From contig NC_082709.1 of assembly GCF_030144855.1 (NCBI RefSeq), positions 150,784,001-150,848,000 on the forward strand: DNA of 64,000 bases. The letters run 5' to 3'. The notes beneath the pieces are model-generated. The model worked only from the letters and a program-made list of their open reading frames with translations. It was not told the origin of the DNA and did not search any database. This document shows, one piece after another, positions 13,020 through 25,530 of the stretch; position 1 is the stretch's first letter, and each line of letters begins with the position of its first letter. A program made the translations under genes and the position numbers. Source of the DNA: Hypanus sabinus. Lineage: Eukaryota.

Positions 13020-14725
13020 TTTAACTGGAAAATGACATTGAAGAGGTAGTAATGTGGGACAAAGAAATGGCAGAAAACCTTAAGTATTTTGTGTCAGTCT
13101 TCACCATGGAAGACACTAGCAGTATGCCAGAACTTCGGGAGTGTCAGGGGGCAGAAGTAAGTACAGTTGCTATTACTGAGGAGAAAAGGCTTGGGAAGCT
13201 GAAAAGTTTGAAGGTCAGTATGTCACTTGGACCAAATGGACTAAACGCCAGGGTTCTGAAAAAGTTGGCTGAAGATATTGTGGAGGCATTAGTAATGATA
13301 TTTAATAAATCAGTAGATTCTGCAATAGTTCTGAAGGGCTGGAAATTTGTAAATGTCACTTCACACTTTGAGAAGGGAGGGAGGCAGAAGAAAGGAAATT
13401 ATAGGCTAGTTAGCCTGACTTAATTGGTTGGGAAGGTGTTGGAGTCCATTATCAAGGATGAGAATTCGAGGTGGAGGCGTTTGATAAAGCAGACCAAGGT
13501 CTGCATGGTTTCCTTAAGGGGAAATCTTGTTTGACAAATCTGCTGGAATTCTTTGATGAAATTACAGGCAGTATACACAAAGGAGAGTTAGTGGATGTTG
13601 CCTTCTAGGATTTTTAGAAGGCCTTTGACAAGGTGCTGCACATGAGGCTGTTTAAAAAGTTAAGAGCTGATGGTATTATAGGAAAGTTACTAGCATGGAT
13701 AGGAGATTGACTGACTTTCAGAAGGCAAAGACTGGGAATAAAGGGGCCTTTAGTGGTTAGCTGCCAGTTACTAGTGGTATTCCGCAATGATTGGCATTGG
13801 GATTGCTTCTTTTCATGTTATACGTATGATGTGGATGATGAAATCGATTGCTTGGTGGCCAAGGTTGTGGATGATACGAGGATAGGTGGAGGGGCAGGTA
13901 GTGTTGAGAAATCCGGGAGTCTGCAGAAGGATTTAGACATGTTGGGAGAATGTACAAAAAGGTGGGAGATGGAATATAGTATAGGGAAGTGTATGGTCAT
14001 GCACATTGGTAGAAGGAATAAAGGCATGGACTACTTTCTAAATAGTTGTGAAGATTCAAAAATCAGAAATGCAAAGGGACTTGAGAGCCCTTGTGCAGGA
14101 TTCCCTAAAGGTTAACTCGCAGGTTGAGTCAGTGGTAAGGAAGGCAAATGCATTGGTGGCATTTATTTCAAAAGAACTAGAATATAAAAGCAAAGATGTA
14201 ATGCCAAGGCTTAATAAGGCATTGGTCAGACCACATTTGAGGTATTGTGAGCAGTTTTAGTTTTAGTGCTTGTTTTATTATGTTTAAAAAAATTAAAATG
14301 TTATTATTTCTACTGTATTGTTCAGCACCTGATTATTTTTTCATCTAACTAATTAGTCACTTGTTGTATGTCTTTATGTATGAAAACGTGCTAGTATTAG
14401 AGAAGGTCCAGAGGATGTTTACCAGAATTATCCCAGAAATGAAAGGGTTAACATATGAGGAACATTTGTTGACTCTGTGCACAGTGGAGTTTAGAAGAAT
14501 GAGTGGGGTCTCGTTGAAACTTATTGAATATTGAAAGTCCCGGATAGAGAGTGGATGTTTCCTGTAGTGGGAGAGTCTAGGACCAGAGGGCACAGCCTCA
14601 GAATCAAGGGATGTCCATTTAGAACAGAGATGAGGAGGAATTTATTTAGCCAGAGTGGAACTCATTATAATAAATCGGCAGTGACGGAACGACACAGGCC
14701 TAATTCTGCTCCCGTGTCTTATGAT
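13020..14725 (+). mobile_element. CR1 LINE, 5'-truncated, with frameshifts
   Basis: FVSVFTMED, GPNGLNARVLK, KGNYRLVSLT, HGFLKGKSCLTNL, DFxKAFDKV, KVVDDTRIGG, LVRPHLRYCEQF, SRTRGHSLRI; tail ggcctaattctgctcccgtgtcttatg. Confidence 0.92.
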
Positions 14726-17700
14726 AAATCACAAAATATGATTTTTAAAAATCAAAAATTTTACTAATATTTGTGGATTATGCTAGTTTCATCAATTTAG
14801 TAATATTTTTAAAATCTTATAAAGGGCTTAATGCTCGTTTGTGTCAATTCACAGCAGTTCAGTTTTTGGGATCCTAAAACCCTGACGGGGAAAAAAACCA
14901 GGAACTTGCCATTTTCTTTATTTCTGGAGGAAGATCAATTTCTAGCACAATGTTTTTGAAGCTACAATTACAGATTACAGAAACTTAATTTATTATCAGC
15001 ATATTTTATGCTTAAATTCCTTGACATTATATGTTGATTTCCCCTATTTTCATTGAAAGCAACATAAGCCAATGGAAATTCTAAGTCAATGTATTTCTGA
15101 ATATTAATGAAATTGCTGTTTATTGAAATATTTGATCTGTGCATAATTTAATAAAGAATTGCTTGATTTATTATGTTTAAAATAATTAAATTATTCTTAT
15201 TTCTATTATATTGTTCAGCACCTGATTATTTTTTCCATCTAACTAATTAGTCACTTGTTATATGTCTTTGTATGGTATTTCATTTCTTTCTACTTTACCC
15301 TCACGTTGAAGAATGATGCTTAACAATCATGAATACTTTTCAAAAAAACTTAAGAATTTTATGTAAATTTGTTGTACAGTATGTAAATTTGTTTTTCTCT
15401 CTTGTGCAATGTGATATACATTTTCCATTATGATTATGAGTATTTATTTAACTCTGTCAAATGACATTTCTTCAAAATACCTGTAGCACATGGAAATCAA
15501 TTATGCTGATCTAAATTGCTGTCTATATTATACCTTCCAGTAGTTAAAACAAAGTCAGCAGAAATATTGAATTCAAAGTACACGAGCAGCCAGCACAGCC
15601 ATCTAATCAAACCCAACTACAATTCCATATGGTTCGTAGTGTTTGCCTTAACAACATACACACACTGGATAACGGTACTGATAGATGGCTTCTCTAATTG
15701 GATAGAGCTTCCGTAGAATAGATTAAATGGAAGTGAAACTACCTGCTGAATGAAAGCTAGCAAATGTGCAGGCTGCACAGAGAAGACAGAAACCCTTTGA
15801 AACTTATCTGGCAAAATGCAAAAATTAGGCTGAGTTTGATTACACACAGATTTGCTTTAAGATTCTGAGTATGGGTATTATGAATGTGATGTGTTATCTT
15901 TGAAACAACTTTGTGGAAGTTCAGTTCTTCGGTTAGCAGTTGATGTTTTTGGGAGGAAAAAAAATTGTGAATGATGGTTAAGTCCTCCACTATCACCTAT
16001 AATTTTGCTTCTGTAATCACCTGGCATTTCAGTTAGAATTCACATTAAATATTTGTTACTCTTGCTATTAATCTTGGCTGCTTGGAATTTGCTCTGCCTC
16101 TCTGTCTCCATGGTGAAAATTATGATCAAAATATGATGTACTATTCCAGGAAGGATTACAGATGTAACCTACACTGCCTAGCTTCAATTGTTTTGTAGGG
16201 TACACACGAAACAGATGTAACTGAGTAATTGGATTACTGTTGGCAAGTTATTTCCTTGCCAGTACTAGGAATCCCCATGATGTGAAACACTTACCCCTGC
16301 ACTGATGGATAGATATATTGATATAGGTTCACATGGAAATCCTGCTCTTCCCCAATGTAAAATGAATCAAATTAAGCACTACAGAATAAATATCGTCCTG
16401 GATTTTGTGGACTGACATCATCACTGGCCACAATAAAAAAAAATACTGACCGTAAATATGTAACGAGGTTGTGCTGTATTCTGATCTGACCTGTATGAGG
16501 CTGCTACAGGTATTGTCACTTTTAAACAAACAGTCTGGCTGTTGCCACAACCATGTGCTGCTTTTCAGCTATCTTTCATACTTCTCTGCATTCCCCTTTC
16601 AACCTTATTTGCATTGCCGCAGTGAATTGTATATGCCTTGAACCTGACTCCCACATTAGAATATTCTTTGTGTTCTCCCATTGGCTTTTGCGTCCTGCTG
16701 CTTCTTCCTCTGCCTTTCCTCTTGTCTCTCCAATAGTTTGCCCTCGTATCACCTCTTACACCTTCTAGTTTTAAAGAATATCCACTATGCATTCTTATTC
16801 TTTTCTTGTTTTAATATTGTCCTGAAACCAATCGTTTCTCATTTAGCATTTAGACTATGCAGTGAAACAGTACAACGCAGAAACAGGCACTTCAGCCCAT
16901 TGTATTGTGCCATTTTTCATTACAGTGTACTTACCCAAACCTTCAGGAAAACAAAAAGACAAATTCAATGTCATCCCTACCCTCCTACTACCTCCTCAAC
17001 CTAGTTGGGCAGGTCAGATATACTATACATTTAGGTAAATTGAAAGTTAAATAGCTGTAGTTTCAGACACGCCAAGATCTTCGGACTACTTAACCTATCG
17101 CTCTTGGACAATTTATAACATCCTAGATAGTTGCTATTGAAGTTTATTAGGTTTTCTTCTGCTATTGCCTGCACCTTGTTTCACAAGCACAGTTTGCACT
17201 TATTAAAAAAAAATCTTTCCTTCATTTAATGGCCCAGATGTTCTGGCTGTAATAAAAGTGACACTGTCAGTTTTTGCTGTTGTAACTTATGGAATATTCA
17301 CACGACTAGTATGTCAGTATATCAGATCATTGACGCATATTGCATGAGGCCTACCTAGGTGATTTTCTTATGTATGTCAAGATATGATTTATGGATTAGC
17401 AAACTCTGTTATCTTAGGAACTGTAAAAATGTTAAACGTGTCCTTTTAATAGTTCCTAGTTTATTGTCTGTGAGAATTGTTGAGTGCTCAGCCTGAATGA
17501 TGGGATCATTTGCAACTGACTGCTGGAAGTGAGGAAAAAGTAAGAAGCATGATAGATTTTTATTAGATGTCTCTGACTGTGGCAGTTCGTCGCATTCCTC
17601 CAGAGCCAGGCATTGTTTTCACTGACTTGAGACCCAATGTACATCAATATCATTATTGAGAATTAATACATAGTAAATAAAAGCATTAATTTTTGAATAC

Positions 17701-18180
17701 TTAATATGCTGATTGGCAGCATATTGTATCCATTGTATCTGCTGATGACAGAAAACCTGCGTGACCATTAAACAGCATCCTCTCCATAGTTCCACCTCTG
17801 AATTGCACACCACGAGAAACGTCTTCATAAAACTTAGTGATTGTGATTTAAGTGGAGAGAAAAATATGTAAGAATTATGGAATACCAATTGTACATTATT
17901 TTAATTTTGAATCTATTATAAAGGAAAACTTGTAACATTAAGTAACCTCCCTTCACAATTTAAGAATTTAGAAGAATAAACACCAGAATAAGGGATTTCA
18001 TCCTAGAAAATAGACTGGTTAAGAGGTTAAGAATGGATTTTGTGGGAAATGTTGAAACATAAATCTAACAGGAACAGTGTGAGAAAAAAATGCACCAGCT
18101 GGAAACAGGACAGTGTGGAGATTGATGTGTGTGTTAAAGCTATACACAGTTATATTTCCTCTTTGCTTTCTTTTGATCAG

Positions 18181-18278
18181 AACTGGCTTAGAAGCCATCA
18201 TGGAGACATATGCCTTCTGGAGACCTCCTGTCCGGACTCTCACATTTGAAGATTTTACCAACATGCAAAAACAGCAAG
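18181..18278 (+). CDS. TBX15: TBX15 penultimate coding exon (98 bp), region just C-terminal to the T-box
   Basis: Polypyrimidine tract plus AG acceptor (ctttgctttcttttgatcag) and GT donor (AAG|gtaaat). Translates (R)[32 protein letters not shown](G), which I recognise as the conserved TBX15 post-T-box peptide. Phase joins correctly to the exon at 22246. Confidence 0.95.
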
Positions 18279-21200
18279 GTAAATGAGCCAGACAATTTAA
18301 TCCATTTAGTTTTCCTTCCTGTTAGACTACAGAATTTGTAATAGCCATTTTCATTACTGCTGTAACTGGTCCTTAACATGCTTCTTGTTAGATTGTGTAT
18401 CCAATTGCTTCTCTAGAGAAATCATATTGCATATGAAATTCTTTACTGGTCTGCTGACAGAAAAAGGATATCATAACAGAGACTGAAGTTTCAAGTATTT
18501 TGTACAGTAAATTCAGAATTGCTGAGGTTGACACTTGTCAAATGAACATTATAACTGTTGTGCAATGAAACATAATTGACCTTCTGAGTAAATAGTTTGC
18601 TCTAGATTGCAAGATACCAAATTCTTCTCGAAGTACAGAGTGGTAATAAACATTCTGTTTCATTAACTTGCATCATTTAACAAATTATTTCAATCTGTCC
18701 ATGCACTGAGTTGATAGCACCCTTTCATGTTGGGGCTATGTTCTGCTACTCTCTAAACACTCTCAAATTCTGTCCAATTGGAAGCTAATTAAAGCTGAGC
18801 AAACATCTTTGAAGAGATGAATGAGGATACGTCTTCCCTAATTTTTTGTTGTTTTGTCAGAAATGTAGAAGTGTTGTCAGCTAATCTGAGACTTGAGAAA
18901 ATTTTGGCCATTGAGTTTGAGAGGCAGATTGAATAACCAAACCTCAGGCTCATCTGACTCTGGTATCAAAATCTCAATGGCAAGGTTACAGGCAATAATA
19001 ATATGGAGTGCATAATTACATTCCATCTTGGTGGTATACATCAGCAGGTGTCACCTCAAATTAAAAAAATAGTTTCAGGTTTTTGATATAATGACATAGA
19101 TATCAGAAATCTCCAAGTAGATACCAAATATGTTCCAAATTATATATTCAGCACAGGCCTATTAGAAAAAACATTTCTAAATTTATTTCATTTTAAATGG
19201 AGACATTTTCCCCTTTCTTCTTTTAAACTATTTGTCACACTGGCCTTTGCAATTCTCAAGTTGAGAGGAAATATGTAAATCAGTTTCAAGAACAAGACTG
19301 CATTCAGTTCCTGTTTTCCTTATCTCCAGAAAAGTGCATCGTCCAAACAACAGCACACGAGGAATAATGGTGGAAGAATTTCTATCTTTCTCTTAAATGA
19401 TGTAATAAATTGATAACATTTTCTATATGATATTTGCAAACATGGAAGTATGCTTGATTGTTTTGTATGGAGCCTAAGATTCACAATTGATTATAGTATA
19501 TTAAAAAGCAATTTAATCTCCAAATTATCAAAATTGATTCAAATATTGTATTGGTATTCATAAGTAAGTTGCATTTTATTAATGTTCTACTTTGTCCTTT
19601 GGCCTATTTGGCACAAAATCTGGCTTTTGCTTTTGTCCTGTTTAAAGCCAATTGAGTGACTTATGTGTGCCAATTTCATACTGCCCAGAGCAATGCATGG
19701 TTTTACTTCTCTCACACTTCCCCATTGTTTTCAATTGCAGACACATTCTATTCATGTAATAAATCCTTGTTGCTTAAGACAGTCTTTTATGATGTCATAG
19801 AAAAAAAACTGAAAAATATCATTGGGAAAATATTGTACAAATGCCAAAAGTTGAATAAAATGCTGTGATCTCAACCATGGATTGGAATTAATCCAAGGTT
19901 GGCAGATTGATTTATTTTCATATTTAGATTCATCTTACATAGTTACTTTATTCTGTTAGATGCTGTATTTTATTAACAATCCATAATATTTGGTCTGGCT
20001 AATAGTATTCTGTCTTTTCCCAGTCTGGTCTCCTAGGACAAACCTTGGGTTCATTGCACAAAGCTGCATTGAAAATCATCCCTATTAGTATGTTATTTCA
20101 TGAGATTTCTGAGAGATGATACAAGGAAGGAAATGTCATTTCTCCCAGCTTGTGAATTGAACCCAGTTTTTATTTAGAGTATAGGGTAAAGGATTTGATT
20201 TTGCATCGACCCTCTGAATATGTGATAATACTGTCTATTAGTTCTCCTTTGCTCACCTAGATAATTATCACCTTTCCATCCCAGCCTCTTAGTGGATTGT
20301 TCAAACTAATTGTTTAGTTTTTAATCATTAAATCTTAAAATAATCTAACACAACTTTATTGCACTATTTGCCATAAAAATACCTTTGAGCATGATAGTCA
20401 TTTTGCAAGTCTCTTTGTAATTTGTAGATTGAAAACAGGAATTGGAAAATGCAGTTGCGTATAGCTTGAGGAAATGTTTGCCATTTATCTCAGAAGTATG
20501 TAGTATTTGTACAGAAGGGGGCTAAGGATTGTGAAGATTAGGAGGAAGTGCTTGCAGATGTTATAGAAATCAACAAATCTGGAAGCATGCACCAGGTCAG
20601 GCAGCATCTGCGGAAAGGGTAAGAGTTAACTTTTCAGGCTAAAGTGTCTGTTTGTCTTTCTACTGATGCTGCCTTCAGAATGTCTCCTGCATTTTCAGAT
20701 TTCTAGCATTTAAAAATGTTTCTACATTTAGACATGGTTTGTCTGTAAAGCCACGAGATGACTAAGCGATTTTGATTATATATGTTTATACGGAAGACTG
20801 GAGAACATTGACATCAGAGGTGGCATTGAAAACAAAAGAGTGAGTTGTGCCAAAGAGGGCTGGGGTGCAGAAACCAGGAGCCAGCATTTAAAAAGAGATT
20901 GACTTCCTTGCTGGGTGGATTGCAGGGGTCTTCCACAATGTGACAGATTATACGGGAAAAAGGTCTACTGACCTCATGTAACTCAAATCTCATACAGGAG
21001 ATCGCCTGCAGGAAACTATCTACATTCATTTTCAGATAGCCTCCATTTCTGGAGAACTAGTGAAGCCTCATGGATAGCACACACTTGGCTCCTCACATTT
21101 TTATTGCAGGTGGGTTTTAGTGAGGGGCCATAGACATTAGCCCTTCAGATATGAGTGGAACAGACCCAGTGACTGTTTTACATGGCTGCATTACAAATTC

Positions 21201-22245
21201 AGCGGAGCCTGGTTGATTTTGTTACATGCCAGTAAAATAGGCACACAAAGCAGACCAAGTTCCATCCCACAATTTTCTGCTGTTTCTTCCAGGATGGAAA
21301 TAAGACTTCACAGAACCAAATGACTCATTCTTTGGGGATGGCGCAGTAGTGGTTAGTTTAATGCCATTTCAGCACCAACTGCCTGGGTTCAATTCTGCTG
21401 CTGTCTGTAAAGAGTTGTGTGTTCCCCCTGTGACTGTGTGGGTTCCCTCTGGATGTTCCCAGTTTTCTCCTACGTTGACCGATTAGTAGGTTAATTGGCC
21501 ACACGGGTCTAACTGGATGGTGCAAGCCCAGTCCAATTTATCTCTAAATAGAAAACAAATAAGTCAGCTTTGATGTTATAAATATAAAGCTGCTGTGGAT
21601 TGGTCAGAGGAGAATGGTTTTAAAATATGAAGTTCAAATGAGGTAAGAGAAACAAAAGTGTTTTCTCTGCAGTGTGAATCTCTGGGGCAATCTAAGGAAA
21701 AGCATTTAATAGTTCATTGATTAAATGCAGCATTAAAAAAATGTAAGAGGGTTCAATTGAAAAGGAGAGTGGATATTTATAGGTGTGAGATGGAATGATA
21801 AATTGCCTTTGGAGAAAATGGTCCTTCTGAGAGGATTTTGGGGGAAGGGATCAAAATAGGAAGAGGTGTAAATTATGTGGTTTCTCAAAAGTACCATTTT
21901 CATATTTGGATAGAGAAAAATGCTGGAATTTTATCTGATTGCCTTTGAAAATTCAGGAACCACTTACTGAGAACTGTCTCTTGGGAGATTAGATAGCTTA
22001 AGCAAATGTCTATGAGTCTATTCAGCCAAGAGCACTGATATATCAAATAACAAGATCATTCCATGCTGTCTTATGTTTTTACGTTTTTACTTTATCTTAA
22101 CATAAAGTAAGTTCCTTTTATTGATGAACAAAGTTTTAGTTTAAAACGGTAACCTTTCCCCATAGAGTTAAGACATCATAACATGTAGAACTGGAAATTA
22201 TTTTGACACCTTCTCAATTTTTCTACACTTCTGTTTTGGTTTCAG
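18279..22245 (+). other. TBX15: Last intron of TBX15
   Basis: GT...AG between the two exons; phase 1 (G|GA) keeps the reading frame. Confidence 0.9.
21340..21550 (+). mobile_element. V-SINE, degraded
   Basis: tRNA-like head ggcgcagtagtgg...gggttcaattc and V-core ccctgtgactgtgtgggttccctctgg. Confidence 0.7.
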
Positions 22246-23024
22246 GAGGTAGTACAGGAACATCTCCAACAACTTCTAGCCCAGGAACTCCATCCCCTTC
22301 AGCATCTTCCCATCTGCTGTCTCCATCTTGCTCCCCACCAGCATTCCACCTCACCCCCAATACCTTCAATGTTGGCTGCAGGGAGAGTCAGCTCTGCAAC
22401 CTCAATCTCTCTGAATATCCAGCTTGTGCTCGAGGCAACATGGCCACCTTGCAGAGTTACCCAGCTCTAGCTGAGGGTGGATACAACCGGTTACAAGGTC
22501 CCAGTGCATCTTCTCAACCACCAGCAGAAACATTCGTTCCGCAGAGGACTTCTTCATTGATTTCTGCAGTACCCACACCTTCTTCATTACAAGGCAACAA
22601 CAAGATGGATGCTTACAGCAGTCAGCTGCCATCATTTACTGCTTCCCAGTTTCAGTACGTCATGCAGACAGGAAGTCCTGCCTCTAACACCTCTTCATCT
22701 CACATGTTTAGTGGTAGTCATGTCCAACAGAGCTCCTACAATGCCTTCTCATTACACAACCCGTATAATATTTATGGCTACAACTTCTCTGCCTCACCCA
22801 GACTGGCGGGCAGCCCTGAGAAACTTAATGCATCCCAAAGCACTTTACTCTGTTCCTCTTCACCCAACGGGGCCTTCAGCGAGAGACAGTTCTTGTCCAC
22901 AGGAATAGATGGGATGCATGTGATTGCCTCCACTCCTACCCAGCAGCCACAGAACGCTTGTGACGCCAGACAGTATGGGACTGTCCCAGGGAGTTCTTCA
23001 CAAATGTCGGTTCATATGGTATAA
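22246..23024 (+). CDS. TBX15: TBX15 terminal coding exon (Ser/Pro-rich C-terminal region)
   Basis: Acceptor ctgttttggtttcag| at 22245. Open frame GGSTGTSPTTSSPGTPSPSASSHLLSPSCSPPAFHLTPNTFNVGCRESQLCNLNLS...SSYNAFSLHNPYNIYGYNF...RQYGTVPGSSSQMSVHMV, stop TAA at 23022-23024. Matches the vertebrate TBX15 C-terminus (ends QMSVHMV). Confidence 0.96.
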
Positions 23025-24285
23025 AGGCAATATTTAAAAATAAAATCTTTACCTGCGCTGTCCATACACCTGCAGCACTATGCACTAGGGCCTCCATAGT
23101 GGATTGATGTCAGTATCAGTTAAGTAGAAGTATTGACTACAGAGCACATTAAATGTAATCTTCCCACTTTAAGTGCCCTACAACACCCATGACACAATGA
23201 TCTTTGAAGCTGTAGTGTATTGGGATAATAATCCTTAGCTAACCTATCTATACACTACACAGAAATAAATGTAATTGGGTCTCTATCATTGTCTAGAACT
23301 TGTGGATATTTGCCCTTTTACATATGTTACATAGCATATAAATGAATCTGTTGCTGGAACAGCATAACCTCCAGAAAATGAATAATGCCTATCCCTTGCA
23401 GAGGCAAATGTGATTTGCATTGATAATGAACGGTGTATCTTGTCTTGTTTTCAGTAAAAGAAGCTTGAATTTCTTTAAAGTATTATATCCTATTTTTGAA
23501 CTTTTATTGTGCCAAGCTCATAATTGTGTTCAGAATTATCTCCATTTGGCCTCTACAGCAACTGTAGTGTTTCACAAACAACCCATTCCAAAGTAACCTT
23601 GTTAGGCCCTGAAGAGAAGAATATTGTTTTTGGTTTCTAAGAAACAAACTATTTTTCCCTTTTTGCAATTTTACAAACATGTATTATTCGTTAAGTAAAA
23701 TGCCTAACTTGATCATAGAGAATTCAGATAATGGATGGATTTGGGCACTCCTGGAAAGAAAATGGAAACATTCTAATCAGTGCTGGAAAAGCCTATTGAC
23801 GTTGAAACTTTGTTTTTTCTTCCTTTCTACTTCTAACCAACTGTTTGAACTAAATGAACATTTTGCAAATATTGCACTGATCCAGATGGGCACAGTATTG
23901 CGCGAATAACAAAGCACAAATGCCTTGGATTAAAGCTTTGAGTGATAAAGTGTACTCGGCTGCCCTATTGAATCCCTTAGTTTGGACGTGACTTACACAA
24001 TAGCTGGAAGGCACACGGAATCTTCTCATCTCTGGATGGCATGACAACATATGTTCATCCAAAGAAGAATCAGCACTTACTAAAGTAGTCTCGGAACTTG
24101 GTGAATTACATGTAAGGAGAGCCGTGACTCTTTTGTGCTAAGTGTTTGGATCTGCTAATCTAACAATGGAACCTTTCCCTAACTTGTATAATTTTGCCTG
24201 TATTGAAGCAACTCCCTGTAAACTGCTCCTGTAAATCAAATTAAAATGTGTGGGGAATAAAACTGTGCTTGTGAAAATGTTCCTT
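23025..24285 (+). promoter_or_regulatory. TBX15: Probable TBX15 3' UTR with candidate poly(A) signal AATAAA at 24256-24261
   Basis: Repeat-free AT-rich stretch after the stop codon. AATAAA at 24256; other AATAAA near 23040 and 23265. Old LINE sequence resumes after about 24380. Confidence 0.5.
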
Positions 24286-25074
24286 TAAAACAAAGGCTCT
24301 CATTATTGAATAAGCAAACTAATTGGAAATAGGGACCACTGACGAGTTATTTATCCAAGGCGCACATTACTTGGGGCTTGGCTGCAGTAGAAAGGAAGAA
24401 GTAATTTATTTTAGCAAAGAGACATAGTGACAAATATTAAAGATGAAGGAGCGTTAAGGAAAATTAAATCTCCAGGATCTTGGCGTCTGATGAGGAAGTG
24501 GAGTCAGATAAGATTACTGAATGCACACTTGAAATGTCATAAGCTAAAAGGTTACAAGACAGAAGCCAAAGGAGAGATCAGGTTGGACTGTTGCCCTTTT
24601 AGCTTGGAGAGACACAATATATCCTGAAAGAGTACTTTCTGTGCGATGCAGTTCTTTGGTCCTATGGATTCTGTTACACTGAAAACCAAAAGGGTTAATT
24701 TGAGTTGGAAATAGTGAAATATCCAGGATAGTTCCATTAACTGCTAGGCAACTGGCATGGTGGTCTGTGTTCAGACTGTATTTAGCATGCTTGTTAATTG
24801 GAACGAGGGAGATTTATCACAGTGTAATACACAGCTCCCTGTATGCAGACTGATGACAGGATAATGCTCTGACCCATGCAGCACCAAGCTGATGCTGCAC
24901 AACCTTTCCCTATTTGGATCAAAACCAAAATGATTAGATCTATAGAGCATTTCCAAATGATTATTTTGTAAATCTGGATATTTTTAAAATCTTGTTTTAG
25001 GCCTCTGAATTTTTTTCAAGGAATTAATGACTTCCTAGAACATTTCCAGTCATAGCTGGATTGAACAGATTTGC

Positions 25075-25530
25075 TGAACTTACCAGGACACTGCCTGGTT
25101 TAGAGGGCATGTGCTATCACACGAGGCTGGTTAAACTTGGGTTATTTTCTCTGGAGCGAGAGACACTGAGGAAAGATCTGATAGAGGTTTATAGGATTAT
25201 AAGAGACATAGATGGAGTGGACAGGGAGTATCAGTTTCCCAGGGTTGAAATGTCTAATACCAGATGGCATGCATTGAGGCTAGGTTCAAGAGGGATGTGA
25301 GGGTTAAGTTTTTTACTCAGAGAGTGGTAGCTGTCTGGAATGCGCTGCCTGGTATGATGGTAGAGCCAAATATATTAGAGATGTTTGGCTTTTAAGAGAT
25401 GTTTGGTTAAACACATGATGTAAGGAGGATGGAGGGATATGAACATTGTGTAGGTAGGAATGATTTGCTTTTCAGCTGGTTCAGCAAAACATTGTGGGCC
25501 AGATGGCCTGTTACTGTGCTGTATGTTCTT
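25075..25530 (+). mobile_element. CR1 LINE 3' fragment
   Basis: TRTLPGLEG...KLGLFSLER..LRKDLIEVYRIIR; 3' UTR acattgtgggccagatggcctgttactgtgctgta. Confidence 0.88.

Larger units (their letters stand above)
1..18180 (+). other. TBX15: Upstream TBX15 intron, 5' end outside the window
   Basis: I could not find the preceding T-box exon (ITRLKIDRNPFAKGFRD type) by eye, so this whole stretch is probably one long intron. Confidence 0.65.

Noticed and set aside
1-18180. Additional TBX15 T-box exons
   Set aside because: A scan by eye for KIDRNPFAKGFRD and other T-box peptides found none. A short exon could have been missed; spliced alignment would settle it.
21340-21410. tRNA gene (also at 28870-28930 and 43005-43065)
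   Set aside because: These are degenerate tRNA-derived SINE heads followed by V-SINE cores and do not form full cloverleafs.
22203-22245. ORF-track start of the 273-aa ORF (MTPSQFF...)
   Set aside because: It is a TTG within the intron's polypyrimidine tract; real coding begins at the splice acceptor, 22246.
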